Assembly (NCBI RefSeq): GCF_006345805.1
Contig: NC_043019.1
Location: forward strand, 11,779,360-11,843,359
Reading direction: 5' to 3'
DNA from: Octopus sinensis
Lineage: Eukaryota
Length of the DNA: 64,000 bases
The position numbers and the translations under genes are program-made. Below, piece by piece: positions 1-12,072 of this stretch (position 1 is the first letter of the stretch; the number at the start of each line of letters is the position of its first letter). Below the pieces are notes generated by a model. That model made no database searches. It saw only the letters and a program-made list of their open reading frames with translations, and was not told where the DNA came from.

Positions 1-1054
1 TATATAAAGATTTGTGCAGCAACTAAAACATTCGGTTGTGCAAATTGTTTGCACAGGAAACCTGCCCTGTGTGGCGGTTTTTGCCGTTTTTGTGGATCTG
101 TTTCAGCTTTTTTAGCGATTTCTGTTTTGGCGACTTCAAGCCATGAAGTCGTTGTTCTAAAAGAACGCTGGTCTCCTTGACAACGCTTTACGACGTTGAT
201 TTCCCTACCCTGCCTTCTCCACAGCTTCACGAGGAGGGAAGAAGGGGAGGAGCTACACAGGTGCAGGTGCGAGCATGAACACCAACGCCGCCACCGACAC
301 ACGAAAAAATTGGAAGAAGCCAGACGACAGCTTCAGCCACCACCACCATCACCACTACCACCATGACCATCACCACCACCACCACCATCATCACCACCAC
401 GACCACCAACAACACCACCACCACGACCACAAACACGACGACCACCACGACCACGACCACCATCACCACTACCAGCACCACCGCCACCATCATACTATGC
501 CTCTGCTCTCTCCTTTTGGCTACTAAATCCGTTACCATATTTCACAAGAACCATCGCCATACAATATTGCCTTCAAAAGTTTGTGTTCGGATAACATCTT
601 TTAGGTAAAAGTTGTGCAACAACTAAAGCATTCGGTTGTGCAAATTATTTGCACGGGAAACCTTCCCTGTGTGACGTGTTTCCCATTTCGTAGAATTTGC
701 TTTCGGCTTTCTTAGCGATTTCTGTTTTGGTGTCTTCAAAACCATGAAGTCGTTGTTCTAAAAGAAGGCTGGTCTCCTTGACAACGCTTTACGACGTTGA
801 TTTCCCTACCCTGCCTTCCCCACTGCTTCATGAGGGAGGGAAAAAAATATGCATTAAAATGGGAAAAAATTATGGTAAATTATTTTTAAAATCGTAGACT
901 CATCGTAGACGCGCGCTAATACCCAGACGGGCTCGATATGAATCACGACTATAAGATACCTGAATTTGGTTAAACTGCACCGCAAAATGTGGGAGTAGTT
1001 AGGAATCTAAATCGTAGGAGACAGACACTCACACAACTTCACTTTTATATATAT
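1..1054 (-). mobile_element. Non-autonomous Helitron-like element (partial; internal ~600-bp-period duplication and CAC/GAC microsatellite)
   Basis: 890-1054 is near-identical to 1393-1560 of the adjacent copy; 1-240 repeats at 601-840; joins head-to-tail to the next copy. Confidence 0.7.
338..492. repeat. (CAC/CAT/GAC)n trinucleotide microsatellite
   Basis: Direct reading; source of the spurious poly-His/Thr/Val ORFs. Confidence 0.95.
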
Positions 1055-1055
1055 A

Positions 1056-1561
1056 CTAGCAGTATCGCTCGGCGTTGCTCGGGTTTGTAAGGGAAATAAC
1101 TATATAAGCATTTTTAGAGAGTTACTTCCCTTATAAATTCGGGCTTTCTTAGCCATTTCTGTTTTGGTGTCTTCAAGCCATGAAGTCGTTGTTCTAAAAG
1201 AACGCTGGTTTCCTTAACAACGCATTACGACGTTGATTTCTTTACACTCCCTTCCCCACAGCTTCACGAGGGAGGGAAGGGGGAGAAGCAAACAGGTGCA
1301 GCTGTGAGCGTGGACGCCAACTCCGCCACTATCGACACACGATGCATTTTATGCATTAAAATGGAATAAAAAATGATGTTAAATTATTTTTAAAATCGTA
1401 GACTCATCGTTGACGCGCACTAATACTCAGACGGGCTCGATATGAATCACGACTATAAGCTACCCGAATTTGGTTAAACTGCACCGCAAAATGTGGGAGG
1501 AGTTAGGAATCTAAATCGAAGGGGACAGACACTCACACAACTAGAGTTTTATATATATAGA
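1056..1561 (-). mobile_element. Non-autonomous Helitron, complete
   Basis: Minus strand starts A^TCTATATATATAAAAC and ends with GC-rich subterminal GAGCAACGCCGAGCGATACTG-CTAG^T: TC...CTAG termini in an AT site, no TSD. Confidence 0.8.
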
Positions 1562-1570
1562 TATATATAT

Positions 1571-1947
1571 AGGCGTAGAAGTGGCTGTGTGGTAAGTAGC
1601 TTGCTTACGAACCACATGGTTCTGGGTTCAGTCCCACTGCGTGGCACCTTGGGCAAGTGTCTTCTACTATAGCCTCGGGCCGACCAAAGCCTTGTGAGTC
1701 GATTTGGTAGACGGAAACTGAAAGAAGCCCATCGTATGTATGTGTGTGTATATGTTTGTGTGTCTGTGTTTGTCCCCCCAACATCACTTGATAACCGATG
1801 CTGGTGTGTTTACGTCCCTGTAACTTAGCGGTTCGGCAAAAGAGACAGATAGAATAAGTACTAGGCTTACAAAGAATAAGTCATGGGGTCGATTTGCTCG
1901 ACTAAAGGTGGTGCTCCTGCAGTCACATGACTGAAACAAGTAAAAGA

Positions 1948-1950
<3 letters not shown>
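1571..1950 (+). mobile_element. tRNA-derived SINE family A
   Basis: Head with degenerate A box (TGGCTGTGTGG) and B box (GGTTCAGTCC), CCTTGGGCAAGTGTC core, internal TA/TG microsatellite, (TAAAAGAG) tail; >30 full or partial copies in the window; resembles described octopus tRNA-SINEs but family name not verified. Confidence 0.9.
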
Positions 1951-1995
<45 letters not shown>

Positions 1996-2272
1996 TCAAA
2001 ATAAGCAACAGGATCTCTAGAGGTGATGCAGTATGATCGTTTCAAGCAACACCATTTAATTGAACAATGCAACCATGACATCAATTCACATGCAGAGCAA
2101 TCCTCAGCTGCATATTACATTTTCACATTCAAAGTGTCTAGCACACATCATTATGCCACACAACAAAAAGAACAAAAAGGGCTAAAAACAACAAATAACA
2201 AAAAAAAAAAAGAACTACGCAAGTAGACATAAACATATATATATAATATAATGAAATTATTGTATATATACT

Positions 2273-2492
2273 TTTTTACTCTTTTACTTGTTTCAGTCAT
2301 TTGACTGCGGGCATGCTGGAGCACCGCCTTTAGTCGGGCAAATCGACCCCAGAACTTATTCTTTGTAAGCCTAGTAGTACTTATTCTATTGGTCTCTTTT
2401 GCCAAACCGCTAAGTTATGGGGACGTAAATACACCAGCATCGGTTGTCAAGCGGTGGTGGGGGGGGGGGCAAACACAGACACACGAACATAT

Positions 2493-2537
<45 letters not shown>

Positions 2538-2704
2538 TACGACGGGCTTCTTTCAGTTTCCGTCTACCAAATCTACTTACAAGGCTCTGGTCGGCCCGAG
2601 GCCATAGCAGAAGACACTTGCCCAAGATGCCACGCAGTGGGATTAAACCCGAGAACCATGTGGTTGGTTAGCAAGCTACTTACCACACAGCCACTCCTGC
2701 GCCT
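2273..2704 (-). mobile_element. SINE family A
   Basis: Full-length copy, tail-to-tail with 1571-1950. Confidence 0.9.
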
Positions 2705-4436
2705 ATATATATACATGTATGTATGTATGTATGTGTGTGTGTGTGTGTGTGTGTGTTGTGTGTGTGTGTGTGTGTGTGTGAAACTCTTTGGACTTTGGGT
2801 ATATAAGTCTATTAGTATTTCAGTTAAAGCACATTCACCCTTTAGGCTACCTGAGATCATCTATAGTTACGATATAATGTTCACTGGATCTACATCAGGA
2901 AATCGAAACAAAAGATGGATTTAATACTAATCTTTATCTTCCATTTCCTTTATTAACTATACACACACACACATATACATATATATATATATATAGTATT
3001 TATACACACACACACACACACACATACATATACACACATACACATATGTATATATGTATCCTATATAGATATATGATACATGTGTCATTAATATGACTCA
3101 ACAATGACAGAAATAATAGGGGATTAGGGATCAATAAAATGACTTCCTAATAACTTAATTGCTGTAAATTAAAACCCTGTAAGTAGATTGAAGGGAAATA
3201 GGTCTATCCATAATAATTCTGTATTCCTTACTGTATTACTTCCTCTCAGTGGTTTCTGACCCCGTTGGGGCACCACCTCAATAGGCCCCGGTACTTATTT
3301 AATTGATTGTTTTAAGTTAACAATCTTTGATGTAAAAAGAAGTGCAGCTCAACCCCGGACATATTTAGGTTGAGGATTCCCCTATATTAGGGGCTTCCAA
3401 ATCATCCTCATCATCACCATATATATATATATATAATATATATATATATACACACATATATATATATATAAGGTGGCAAGCTGACAGAAACATTAGCACG
3501 CGGGGTGAAATGCTTAGTGGTATTTCATCTGTCTTTATGTTCTGAGTTCAAATTCTGCCAAGGTTAGCTTTGCCTGTCATCCTTTCAGGGTCAGTATATA
3601 TATATATATATATACATAATGTATAAAAATGTGTGTATATGTTTGTGCCCTAGTGGCTAGGAAGTTGCACTCACAATTGAGAGATTGTGGGTTCAATTCT
3701 CAGATTGTGCAGTGCATTGTATTCTTGAGTAAAATGCATCATGCTGCATTGCTCTGGGTACACTTCAATATTTGATGTCTAGCACACTGCGCACCTGTAC
3801 ATGCAATGTGAATTTGATTGACATTGCTAATATACAGCACAAAAAAAAATCACCTGTCCTGGTCATTCAGCAAGAAATTGTGGAACCATCTTTCTTGGAC
3901 ACAAGAGACTATCATTAAAAAATTCATTATTGCTGCGTATATCAGTGAGAGACATAAAAAAAATGTGAGAAACTAGTGCCTTCAAACTTGAATACAGTGC
4001 AAAATTTGCTCCACCCAAGTTGCTCAGACATTCCTTTGTCAATCTTAACTTAAATGCAGTGAATTAGTAACTGACTGATTGTTCACCGGTAATCATTGTC
4101 AATACTGTTCACCATATAAGCAAGAAATAAATGAAGCAAAGTTAAACTGCCTTAGCTGAGGACTGAACTCGTATCAAGGTTTCCATTGACCAAGTGATTA
4201 TCACTAATCTTAATGCATATACTCTTGTCAACATTTTAACAATAGCCTTATAGTATAGCTTCCACAGAGTCATATAAGCTTATGACAATACCACTAAATG
4301 GCTTTCAACAGGTTAGAAAGAGCAGTTGAATCTCCTTTATAAAAGAAAGGCACACTGGATAATGTATTCCAAGCCCTGAATCAATCAAAGCCTGTGACTG
4401 GATCTGGTAGACAGAAGCTGAAAGAAGCCCATTGTA

Positions 4437-4470
<34 letters not shown>

Positions 4471-4506
4471 AGCAAAAATTTAGATTCAGATGAATTAGGT
4501 ATTTAA

Positions 4507-4727
4507 CCCTTTAGCATTCAAACCGGCCATATCCGGCCAATAGTATTCTGCCTGTTTTATGTTCAAACTGGCCAGATCTGGTCTCTCACACCAACCCTAC
4601 AATATTGTTTTAAAAATTAACAGTTACCTCATCAAAATCTCAAAGCTACAAGATAATGCATGATTAGTTCAAAACAATGTGGATAAAAAAGGATTAATTT
4701 TGGTAGAATAATGCAAACACTAAAGGG
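4507..4727. mobile_element. piggyBac-type MITE family E
   Basis: TTAA-CCCTTTAGCATT...CACTAAAGGG-TTAA; other copies at 22431-22642, 26995-27212, 56682-56903, partial 23468-23614, 40799-41010, 60054-60145, 62914-63085. Confidence 0.85.
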
Positions 4728-5249
4728 TTAAGTTGAGGTGCCAGAATGTAGTACGGTATTATTATCCATAGTTTCAAAATAAGGTGATTAAAATCAAAAT
4801 AAGCAGCATACTAATGTGTCCATCTGTTTTAATTTAATTTAATTCTATGTCTTTATGCAGCTGAGGATTGCTCTGCATGTAAATTGATGTAATGGTTGCA
4901 TTGTTCAATTAAATGGAGTCACTTGAAACAATCATACTCCATCACCTCTGGAGATCCTGTTGCTTATTTTGATGATAAATATATATATATATATAAAATG
5001 AATGCATAATTTATGGATTTATCTAATCTGGTGATACTCACAAAAAGCTTCTTTAGTGGATCAGGCTACAAACTGCACAGTAAACCAAAACAAAGGAGTG
5101 CAATGTATTGTCCAATGCAGTTGAAGTCCAGTAAATCCAGTTGATGAATGGATGTAACTGTGATATTCTTTGATCTGAAGAGCAAGCCTTCTTTACTGCT
5201 TTATCTTATAGATTGTACGATAATTTAACATATATATTTATACAGACAT

Positions 5250-5415
5250 AGGTGCAGGAGTGGCTGTGTGGTATGTAGCTTGCTAACCAACCACATGGTT
5301 CCGGGTTCAGTCCCACTGCGTGGCATCTTGGGCAAGTGTCTTCTGCTATAGCCCCGGGCCGACCAATGCCTTGTGAGTGGATTTGGTAGACGGAAACTGA
5401 AAGAAGCCCGTCGTA

Positions 5416-5475
<60 letters not shown>

Positions 5476-5700
5476 CGTGTGTGTTTGTGTGTCTGTGTTT
5501 GTCCCCCTAGCACTGCTTGATAACCGATGCTGGTGTGTTTACGTCCCCGTCACTTAGCGGTTTGGCAAAAGAGACCGATAGAATAAGTGCTGGGCTTACA
5601 AAAGAATAAGTCCCGGGGTCGAGTTGCTCGATTAAAGGCGGTGCTCCAGCATGGCTGCAGACAAATGACTGAAACAAGTAAAAGAGTAAAAGAGTAAAGA
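5250..5700 (+). mobile_element. SINE family A
   Basis: Full-length, low-divergence copy. Confidence 0.92.
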
Positions 5701-5823
5701 CATGTAAAATAATTTATACACTAAAATAAATTATTTTTCTCTGACAATGATAGCAAAACGATCATAATCATATGGATATCAACTGGTGAAATAAATATAT
5801 TTATATCATGCCTCCTCTCTCTC

Positions 5824-6023
5824 TTTTTACTCTTTTACTTGTTTCAGTCATTTGACTGCGGCCATGCTGGAGCACCGCCTTTAGTCAAGCAAATCGACCC
5901 CAGGACTTATTCTTTGTAAGCCCAGTACTTATTCTATCGGTCTCTTTTGCCGAACCGCTAAGTGACGTAAACACACCAGCATCGGTTGTCAAGCAATGCT
6001 AGGGGGACAAACACACACACACA

Positions 6024-6067
<44 letters not shown>

Positions 6068-6233
6068 TACGACAGGCTTCTTTCAGTTTCCGTCTACCAA
6101 ATCCACTCACAAGGCATTGGTCTGCCTGGGGCTATAGCAGAAGACACTTGCCCAAGATGCCACGCAGTGGGACTGAACCCGGAACCATGTGGTTGGTTAG
6201 CAAGCTACTTACCACACAGCCACTCCTGCGCCT
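5824..6233 (-). mobile_element. SINE family A
   Basis: Full-length copy inverted relative to 5250-5700, about 120 bp away. Confidence 0.92.
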
Positions 6234-6299
6234 TTTCTTTACATTTTATATACATAATGTGGATGGTTGCCAACTGCTCCACAAAGCGGTGCTGTTTAC

Positions 6300-6742
6300 T
6301 CAAAGTGGATGGAACTCGTGGAAGTAGGAGACCCAGGAAGACATAGAGCGAAGAACTGAAGGACGACCTTAGAATGCTGAACCTTTCAAGTGAGATGACA
6401 AAAGACCAAGATAACTGGCACCTTGCTGTACTCAAGAAGACTTGTCCTTCACAGCGGAAGTGTTAAGATTGCATTCCTTGGTGAAGAGGATTGGCCTAAA
6501 AGAGTCCTGAGCCGGTGCCACATAATAAGCACTCAGCTGATGTCACATAAAGGCACTCATGCCGGTGGCACATTAAAAGCACCCAGCACACACTGTAAAG
6601 TGGTTGGTGTTAGGAAGGACTCTAGCCATAGAAACCAAGTCAACTCAGACTGGAATCTGGTGTAGCTTCCCAGCTCTGGGCAAACTGTCCAACCCATGCC
6701 AGCATGGAAATGGACATTCAAGAATACCAATGATCATGGTGA
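6300..6742 (+). mobile_element. RTE LINE 3' end (abundant family G), decayed
   Basis: VDGTRGSRRPRKT*..DDLRMLNLSSEMTKDQDNWHLAVLKK then 3' UTR with GGTTGGTGTTAGGAAGG and (GAT)-type tail; related pieces at 8757-8935, 9070-9392, 16574-16710, 29390-29646, 33520-33620, 55660-55840. Confidence 0.75.
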
Positions 6743-6799
6743 TGCATGTATATATGTGTGTGTGTGTGTATGTATGTAAGTATTCATATATGTTAAAAC

Positions 6800-7111
6800 G
6801 TAAAGACGTTGCCCTTTTCAAGCCTAGCCAGGCTCATGGGCCCGGTTTCCTGGTTTGTATGGCTTATGTGTTCCCCCCAGCTGGACGGGATGCCAGTCCA
6901 TCACAGCGTTACTCAAGAAACAGGAAGAGAGAGTGAGAGAAAGTTGTGGCAAAAGAGTACAACAGGGGTCACCACCACCCCCTGCCAGAGCCTCGTGGAG
7001 CTTTTAGGTGTTTTTGCTCAATAAACACACACAATGCCCAGTCTGGGAATCAAAACCGCGATCCTCCAACCGTAAGCCCGCTGCCCTAACCACTGGGCCA
7101 TTGCGCCTCCA
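6800..7111 (-). mobile_element. tRNA-derived SINE family C
   Basis: Minus-strand head TGGAGGCGCAATGGCCCAGTGGTTAGGGCAG...GGTTTTGATTCCC (A and B boxes); homologous to 22972-23276. Confidence 0.85.
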
Positions 7112-7508
7112 CATTCATAAATGATAGGCTTGTATAAATGCCTGTGTGTGTGTGTGTCTCCTTAGCTTGACATCGTGTGATGATTGTAAATGTGTGTCAC
7201 TATCAAGCAAGCAGTTTCCTTCATTCCAAATCTTCCATGAAAATACGTCCAACCATGGGGAATATTACCTTAGTTAGAAGCAAGAGAGGTTGGTGACAAC
7301 AAGAGCATCCTACTGTAGAAAATATGTTTCGACAAATTCCATTGGACCCATGGAGAAGTAGACGTTAATGCTGATTCCCCTACACCTCCCTCCCTCTAAC
7401 TGATCCTCCAACACATCATGATCCCTGTCTTACCAACATGTTCATGTATCTCACCAATCCTACATGTTCCCATTGCGATTCTTCCTACATGTCCCCTATA
7501 CCCTAACA

Positions 7509-7985
7509 TGACTACTACTACTACTATAGCAATCCCTCAAGGTCGAGGATGATGGTCTTCGCGCAAATTTATTGGTGAGTCCGCAGGTGACTGATAAGAC
7601 CAATTCTTGCTCGAAAAGATCGGTCACAGTGCGGACATCTAGTGCCGGAAGGGAGAGTCGCACGTGGTTGTTGTTGGCGCTCCTTCCGTCGTCGTCTTTT
7701 CTCCTCCAGCTCTGCAGACCTTTTCGACTCGAAATTCGCCGTTCCCTCATGGATGCTGGTTTTCCAGAGTGGTCTGTTTTTTGCCGTTTCCTCCCAGTTG
7801 GTGAAGTCAATGTCACACTTTTTGGGGTTCGATTTCAGGGAGTCCTTGTAGCGTTTCTTCTGGCCTCCTTTTGTACGCTTGCCGTCTTTGAGTTGGGAGT
7901 AGAAGATCTGTTTGGGAAGTCGTTCGTCAGTCATTCTAATCACGTGGCCGCTCCATCTTAGTTGGCCTTTGATGACTGCTCCATG
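7509..7985 (-). mobile_element. 5'-truncated RTE (BovB-like) LINE, ORF C-terminus with C2H2 finger
   Basis: QLRWSGHVIRMTDERLPKQIFYSQLKDGKRTKGGQKKRYKDSLK...CPHCDRSFRARIGLISHLRTHQ*, then CCATCATCCTCGAC..GAGGGATTGC and (TAG)n tail; the upstream part of track ORF 7569-8297 is non-coding read-through. Confidence 0.92.
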
Positions 7986-8487
7986 ATGACGATGATGACT
8001 ATGCCAAGAAAAAAAAAAAAAAATAATGAGACGGTCATAGGCGGTCACATGATCAGATTCCTTTGATCGTCGGTTGGATCTCTCAGGGTTTGACCTGGGG
8101 CTAAATAATAAACAGCTACTTCCGCAGCGACTTTCTTCTGGTCCAGTCCTCAGTGACTCAATGCAACCCTGTTGTTGATAACTTTGACTTGCTAATTGTG
8201 ATAAAGAGAGCCTAGCACCACCAACAAAGAACAACAACAGCAACAACGGCAGCAGTTTACAACTGACCGGATGTACTCTATATGAGTCAATGGTCAACTC
8301 TGTGTGCGCTTGTGTGTGTGTGTGTGTGTGCTTGTGGGGGAAGTAGTAGAAACTAAACTGCCACTTATATTAAGTGAAAGGAGACACTTGGTCAGAAGCC
8401 CAAGTCCAGTGAAGATAACCATATATGTGAATGTATATATATATTATATATGTGTGTGTGTGTGTGTTTATATTATATATATATATA

Positions 8488-8587
8488 NNNNNNNNNNNNN
8501 NNNNNNNNNNNNNNNNNNNNNNNNNNNNNNNNNNNNNNNNNNNNNNNNNNNNNNNNNNNNNNNNNNNNNNNNNNNNNNNNNNNNNNN
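8488..8587. other. Assembly gap (100 N)
   Basis: Run of exactly 100 N, a placeholder of unknown size. Confidence 1.
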
Positions 8588-9394
8588 TCCTTCGCAAGTA
8601 TATCTACTTCCCTTCAATAACACCAATACACATCAACAAAACTCAAGCTAGGGAAAGAGCCACAAAGTGGTTGTCTGACTTGCTAGAAACAGCACCTAAA
8701 ACTCAACCTATTCTTTCTTATTAAAACAACCGTAACTGATTCACCTAAAGACAAGGAACTCTTGTTATTTTTCTGGGTTTTTTCTTTCTACAAGAGAAAT
8801 CAGATGCAGAGTGCAAGAGAGAAGACTGCACTGGTTTGGTCATGTGATGTGTATGGATGAGGACAGCTCTAATTGTGAAGGGAACCTGTGGGTGAGGTAG
8901 ACCCAGTAAGATGTGAGATGAAGATGTGAGATGAATATTTTTTCCAAGATTCATCAATAATGATGGAAACAAACGGACACTAAAACTGAACAATTATCAT
9001 TTAATTAATTAATTAATTAATTAATTAATTCATTTATTAATTATTATTATTATTATTATTGACAAGAAAGGATCTTCAGACATTGGGCCTTACTGAGGAC
9101 ATGACAAGGGACCAGGAGTTGCGTTTTGCTGAACTTGAGAAGACGTGTCAAGCGAAGTAAAATCACTGTCATCCATACACAACAGGCTTGCCCTTTACAG
9201 GTGCTGGTGCCAAGTTGATTGCACTCATGCAGGTGCTGTATAAATGCACCTGTGCTGGTGGCATGTAAGAGGCACCCAGCACACTCTGTGGTTGGCATAG
9301 AAATCATGACAGACAACTTGAGTCTGGCCAGCTCCCTGGCTGGCCAGCTCCTGTCGAACATCCAAACCATGCCAGCATGGGAAATGGATGTTAA

Positions 9395-9614
9395 CCCTTT
9401 TGTTACTGTATTTATTTTGAGATGCTCTGTGTTTCTTTCAATTACTTTAAATATAACAAAGAATTTAGTAAAATAACTTAGTTATCATTAAGCTAATGTT
9501 AGGAATATAAATTGTGATTAAGGTTTGGTGGAAGATTTTAATTAAAAACCTTTGAAAACAAGTCATTTGTACTCAGAGCTAGAGCTGGTTTCAGCTTAGT
9601 TGGTAACAAAAGGG
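9395..9614. mobile_element. piggyBac-type MITE family F
   Basis: TTAA-CCCTTTTGTTAC...GTAACAAAAGGG-TTAA. Confidence 0.88.
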
Positions 9615-9638
9615 TTAAAAATATCATGATGTCTTTAA

Positions 9639-9859
9639 CCGTTTTGTTACCTTATTTCTGTTGAGATGCTCTGTGTTTCTTTTAATTACTTTAAAATATA
9701 ACAAAGAATTTAATAAAATAACTTAGTTATCATTAAGCTAATGTTAGGAACATAAATTGTGACTAAGGTTTGGTGGAAGATTTTAATTCAAAACTTATGA
9801 AAACAAGACATTTGTACAACAGAGCCAGAGCTGGTTTCAGCCGGTTGGTAACGAAAGGG
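9639..9859. mobile_element. piggyBac-type MITE family F (second adjacent copy)
   Basis: Same orientation, own TTAA flanks, 24 bp from the previous copy. Confidence 0.88.
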
Positions 9860-10907
9860 TTAAACAAAGATGATGATGATGATGATGATGATGATGGCGG
9901 TGGTGGTGGTTTTATAAGTCCTCAAGCATAAATTCTCCCAAGTTGGAAATCACCACTTGCTGAAGTCGATATCAGTAGTTGGAGAAAATATGAATGTGAA
10001 TTTTGGGGCCGGCTAAGGCCGGTTTAAATGCTAAAGAGTTAATCAGTCCTTATGTTGGGGCCAAGCAATACCAACAACATCTCCAAAACAGTGAACCCTA
10101 AAATTCCACGATATTTGATATCTCAAACCGCATTGGCTGAAAATATGAAAACATGTCAATAGTTTTTCCAAGATTCATCAATAATGATGGAAACAAACGG
10201 ACACTAAAACTAAACAATTATCATTTAATTAATTAATTTATTATTATTATTATTATTATTGACAAGAAATACATGTATTTGTTTACTGCAATGACAGATC
10301 AAATGAAATATTGATAAAATAATTGTAACTGTCTGCTTGTTATGGGTGTGGGTGGGGTTGTGATGGTGGGGGAGAATCAGTCAGTGGAAGGGGACAGGGG
10401 AGTGGAGTGGAGCAGTCATGTTAGGGTATAGGGGACATGTAGGAAGAATCACAATGGGAACATGTAGGATGGGTGAGATACATGAACATGTTGGCAAGAC
10501 AGGGATCATGATGTGTTGGAAGGATCGGTTAGAGGGAGGGGGGAGGGGAATCAGCATAAGAGGTAGGGAGTCGTTGGAGAATTAGCGAGAGGTAGGGATT
10601 CCTTGGGCTGCACAGACGTACTGGAGGGCTTTTGTACAGGGGACATGTTGGGAGAGGGGAGAGGAGGCGAGGTAGGGAGATAGAGGTGTGTGGTTAGGCT
10701 GAGAGTGTGTATGTGTGTGTGTGTACATGAACATGTAATACAAACATGCTTACACTGAAGTGCATTAACACACAACACACACACACACACATACATACAT
10801 ACACACACAAAGCCATGCAAACACATACATACACACACATGCAAACACACACACACACACAAAGCCATGCAAACACATACATACACACACACGCACACAC
10901 AACACAC

Positions 10908-10942
<35 letters not shown>

Positions 10943-11455
10943 GCATACTATATATCAAACACACCACACAAGCACACTCACCTTACCAATCAAATATACA
11001 GGTACGCAGAAGTGTAAGCAAGTTTGGTTGAGAATTAAACCGTTCATCTTTTGAATGGCAGCCAAAATATGCAGCGCATGAAGAGAGCACATGCCCAGAT
11101 AAGCTTGTTAAGGTACAAACGTCTGTCTGCTGGTCACTTCACCTGTTCAGGTAACATCGTTAAGCAACACTGACATCCACTCATCCTCATTATCATGATA
11201 AACAAGTAGCGTAGATTTATTTTGTTCCTTAATGTGTATGTGTGTATGCAAGAGTGTTTATGTTGACACAGTAATGTGTTTATGTGAATATGCATGTGTG
11301 TGTGTGTGTGTGTGTGTACACACATATGTTAGTGTATTGGTATCTGTGTATGTAAATACACACACCACACCACACATGGGGTGAATATATGCATATCTGT
11401 AAGTGAGAATACACACATATATATATATATATGTGAGGTGGGGTGTATATGTATC

Positions 11456-11501
<46 letters not shown>

Positions 11502-12072
11502 TATATTTACACACACACACACATATGTGTGTGTGTGTGTGTGTGTGTGTGGAAATATATGTGTATGTATATACATGTTTTATGTGTTTATATGTATGTT
11601 TGTCTGAATGTTTACGATATATGTGTATAACCATATGTTTTATACATATATGTGTATATGCGTGTATGCTTTATATACATGTCTGTGTATACAGCATAAA
11701 AAAACACAATATAAATCTTTCAAAAAGTGGAACGTTCCATTGCTAAACTGTTCATTTCTGAAGGCAAGAAAACAGTCAAGAATGTGGGAAGGAAATTAGG
11801 AGAAAGAAAAATAATAATAAGAAGAAGAAGAAGGCACATGTCATGTCTTATTATCAGACTGGACTGAAAATTTAGGTCAGAATCCATTGACAAAATTTTC
11901 AACAAATTAACATAACCCCTGGAACGCAAATCACCTTAAAGTGACCCATGACTGTTGATCAAGTTTGATCAAGAAGAGTGGGGGGAAATGTAAGAAGAAT
12001 CCACTTGTCTCTTCTGTTAAATGCTCCAATTAGTAGAAATTATAACACGAGAAATATATCCATTCCAAGGTC

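Noticed and set aside
227-608. Poly-His/Thr/Val ORFs
   Set aside because: Translations of a trinucleotide microsatellite inside a Helitron-like repeat
1571-1650. tRNA genes at SINE heads (families A, B, C)
   Set aside because: Only A/B-box remnants, no complete cloverleaf; continuous with SINE bodies
8130-8165. Hammerhead-like CTGAGGA...GAAAGTC on the minus strand
   Set aside because: Helix II would have a 1-nt loop and helix I arms do not pair
7986-8297. N-terminal part of the 242-aa ORF as a signal-peptide protein
   Set aside because: Low-complexity read-through upstream of a 5'-truncated LINE; no domain signal
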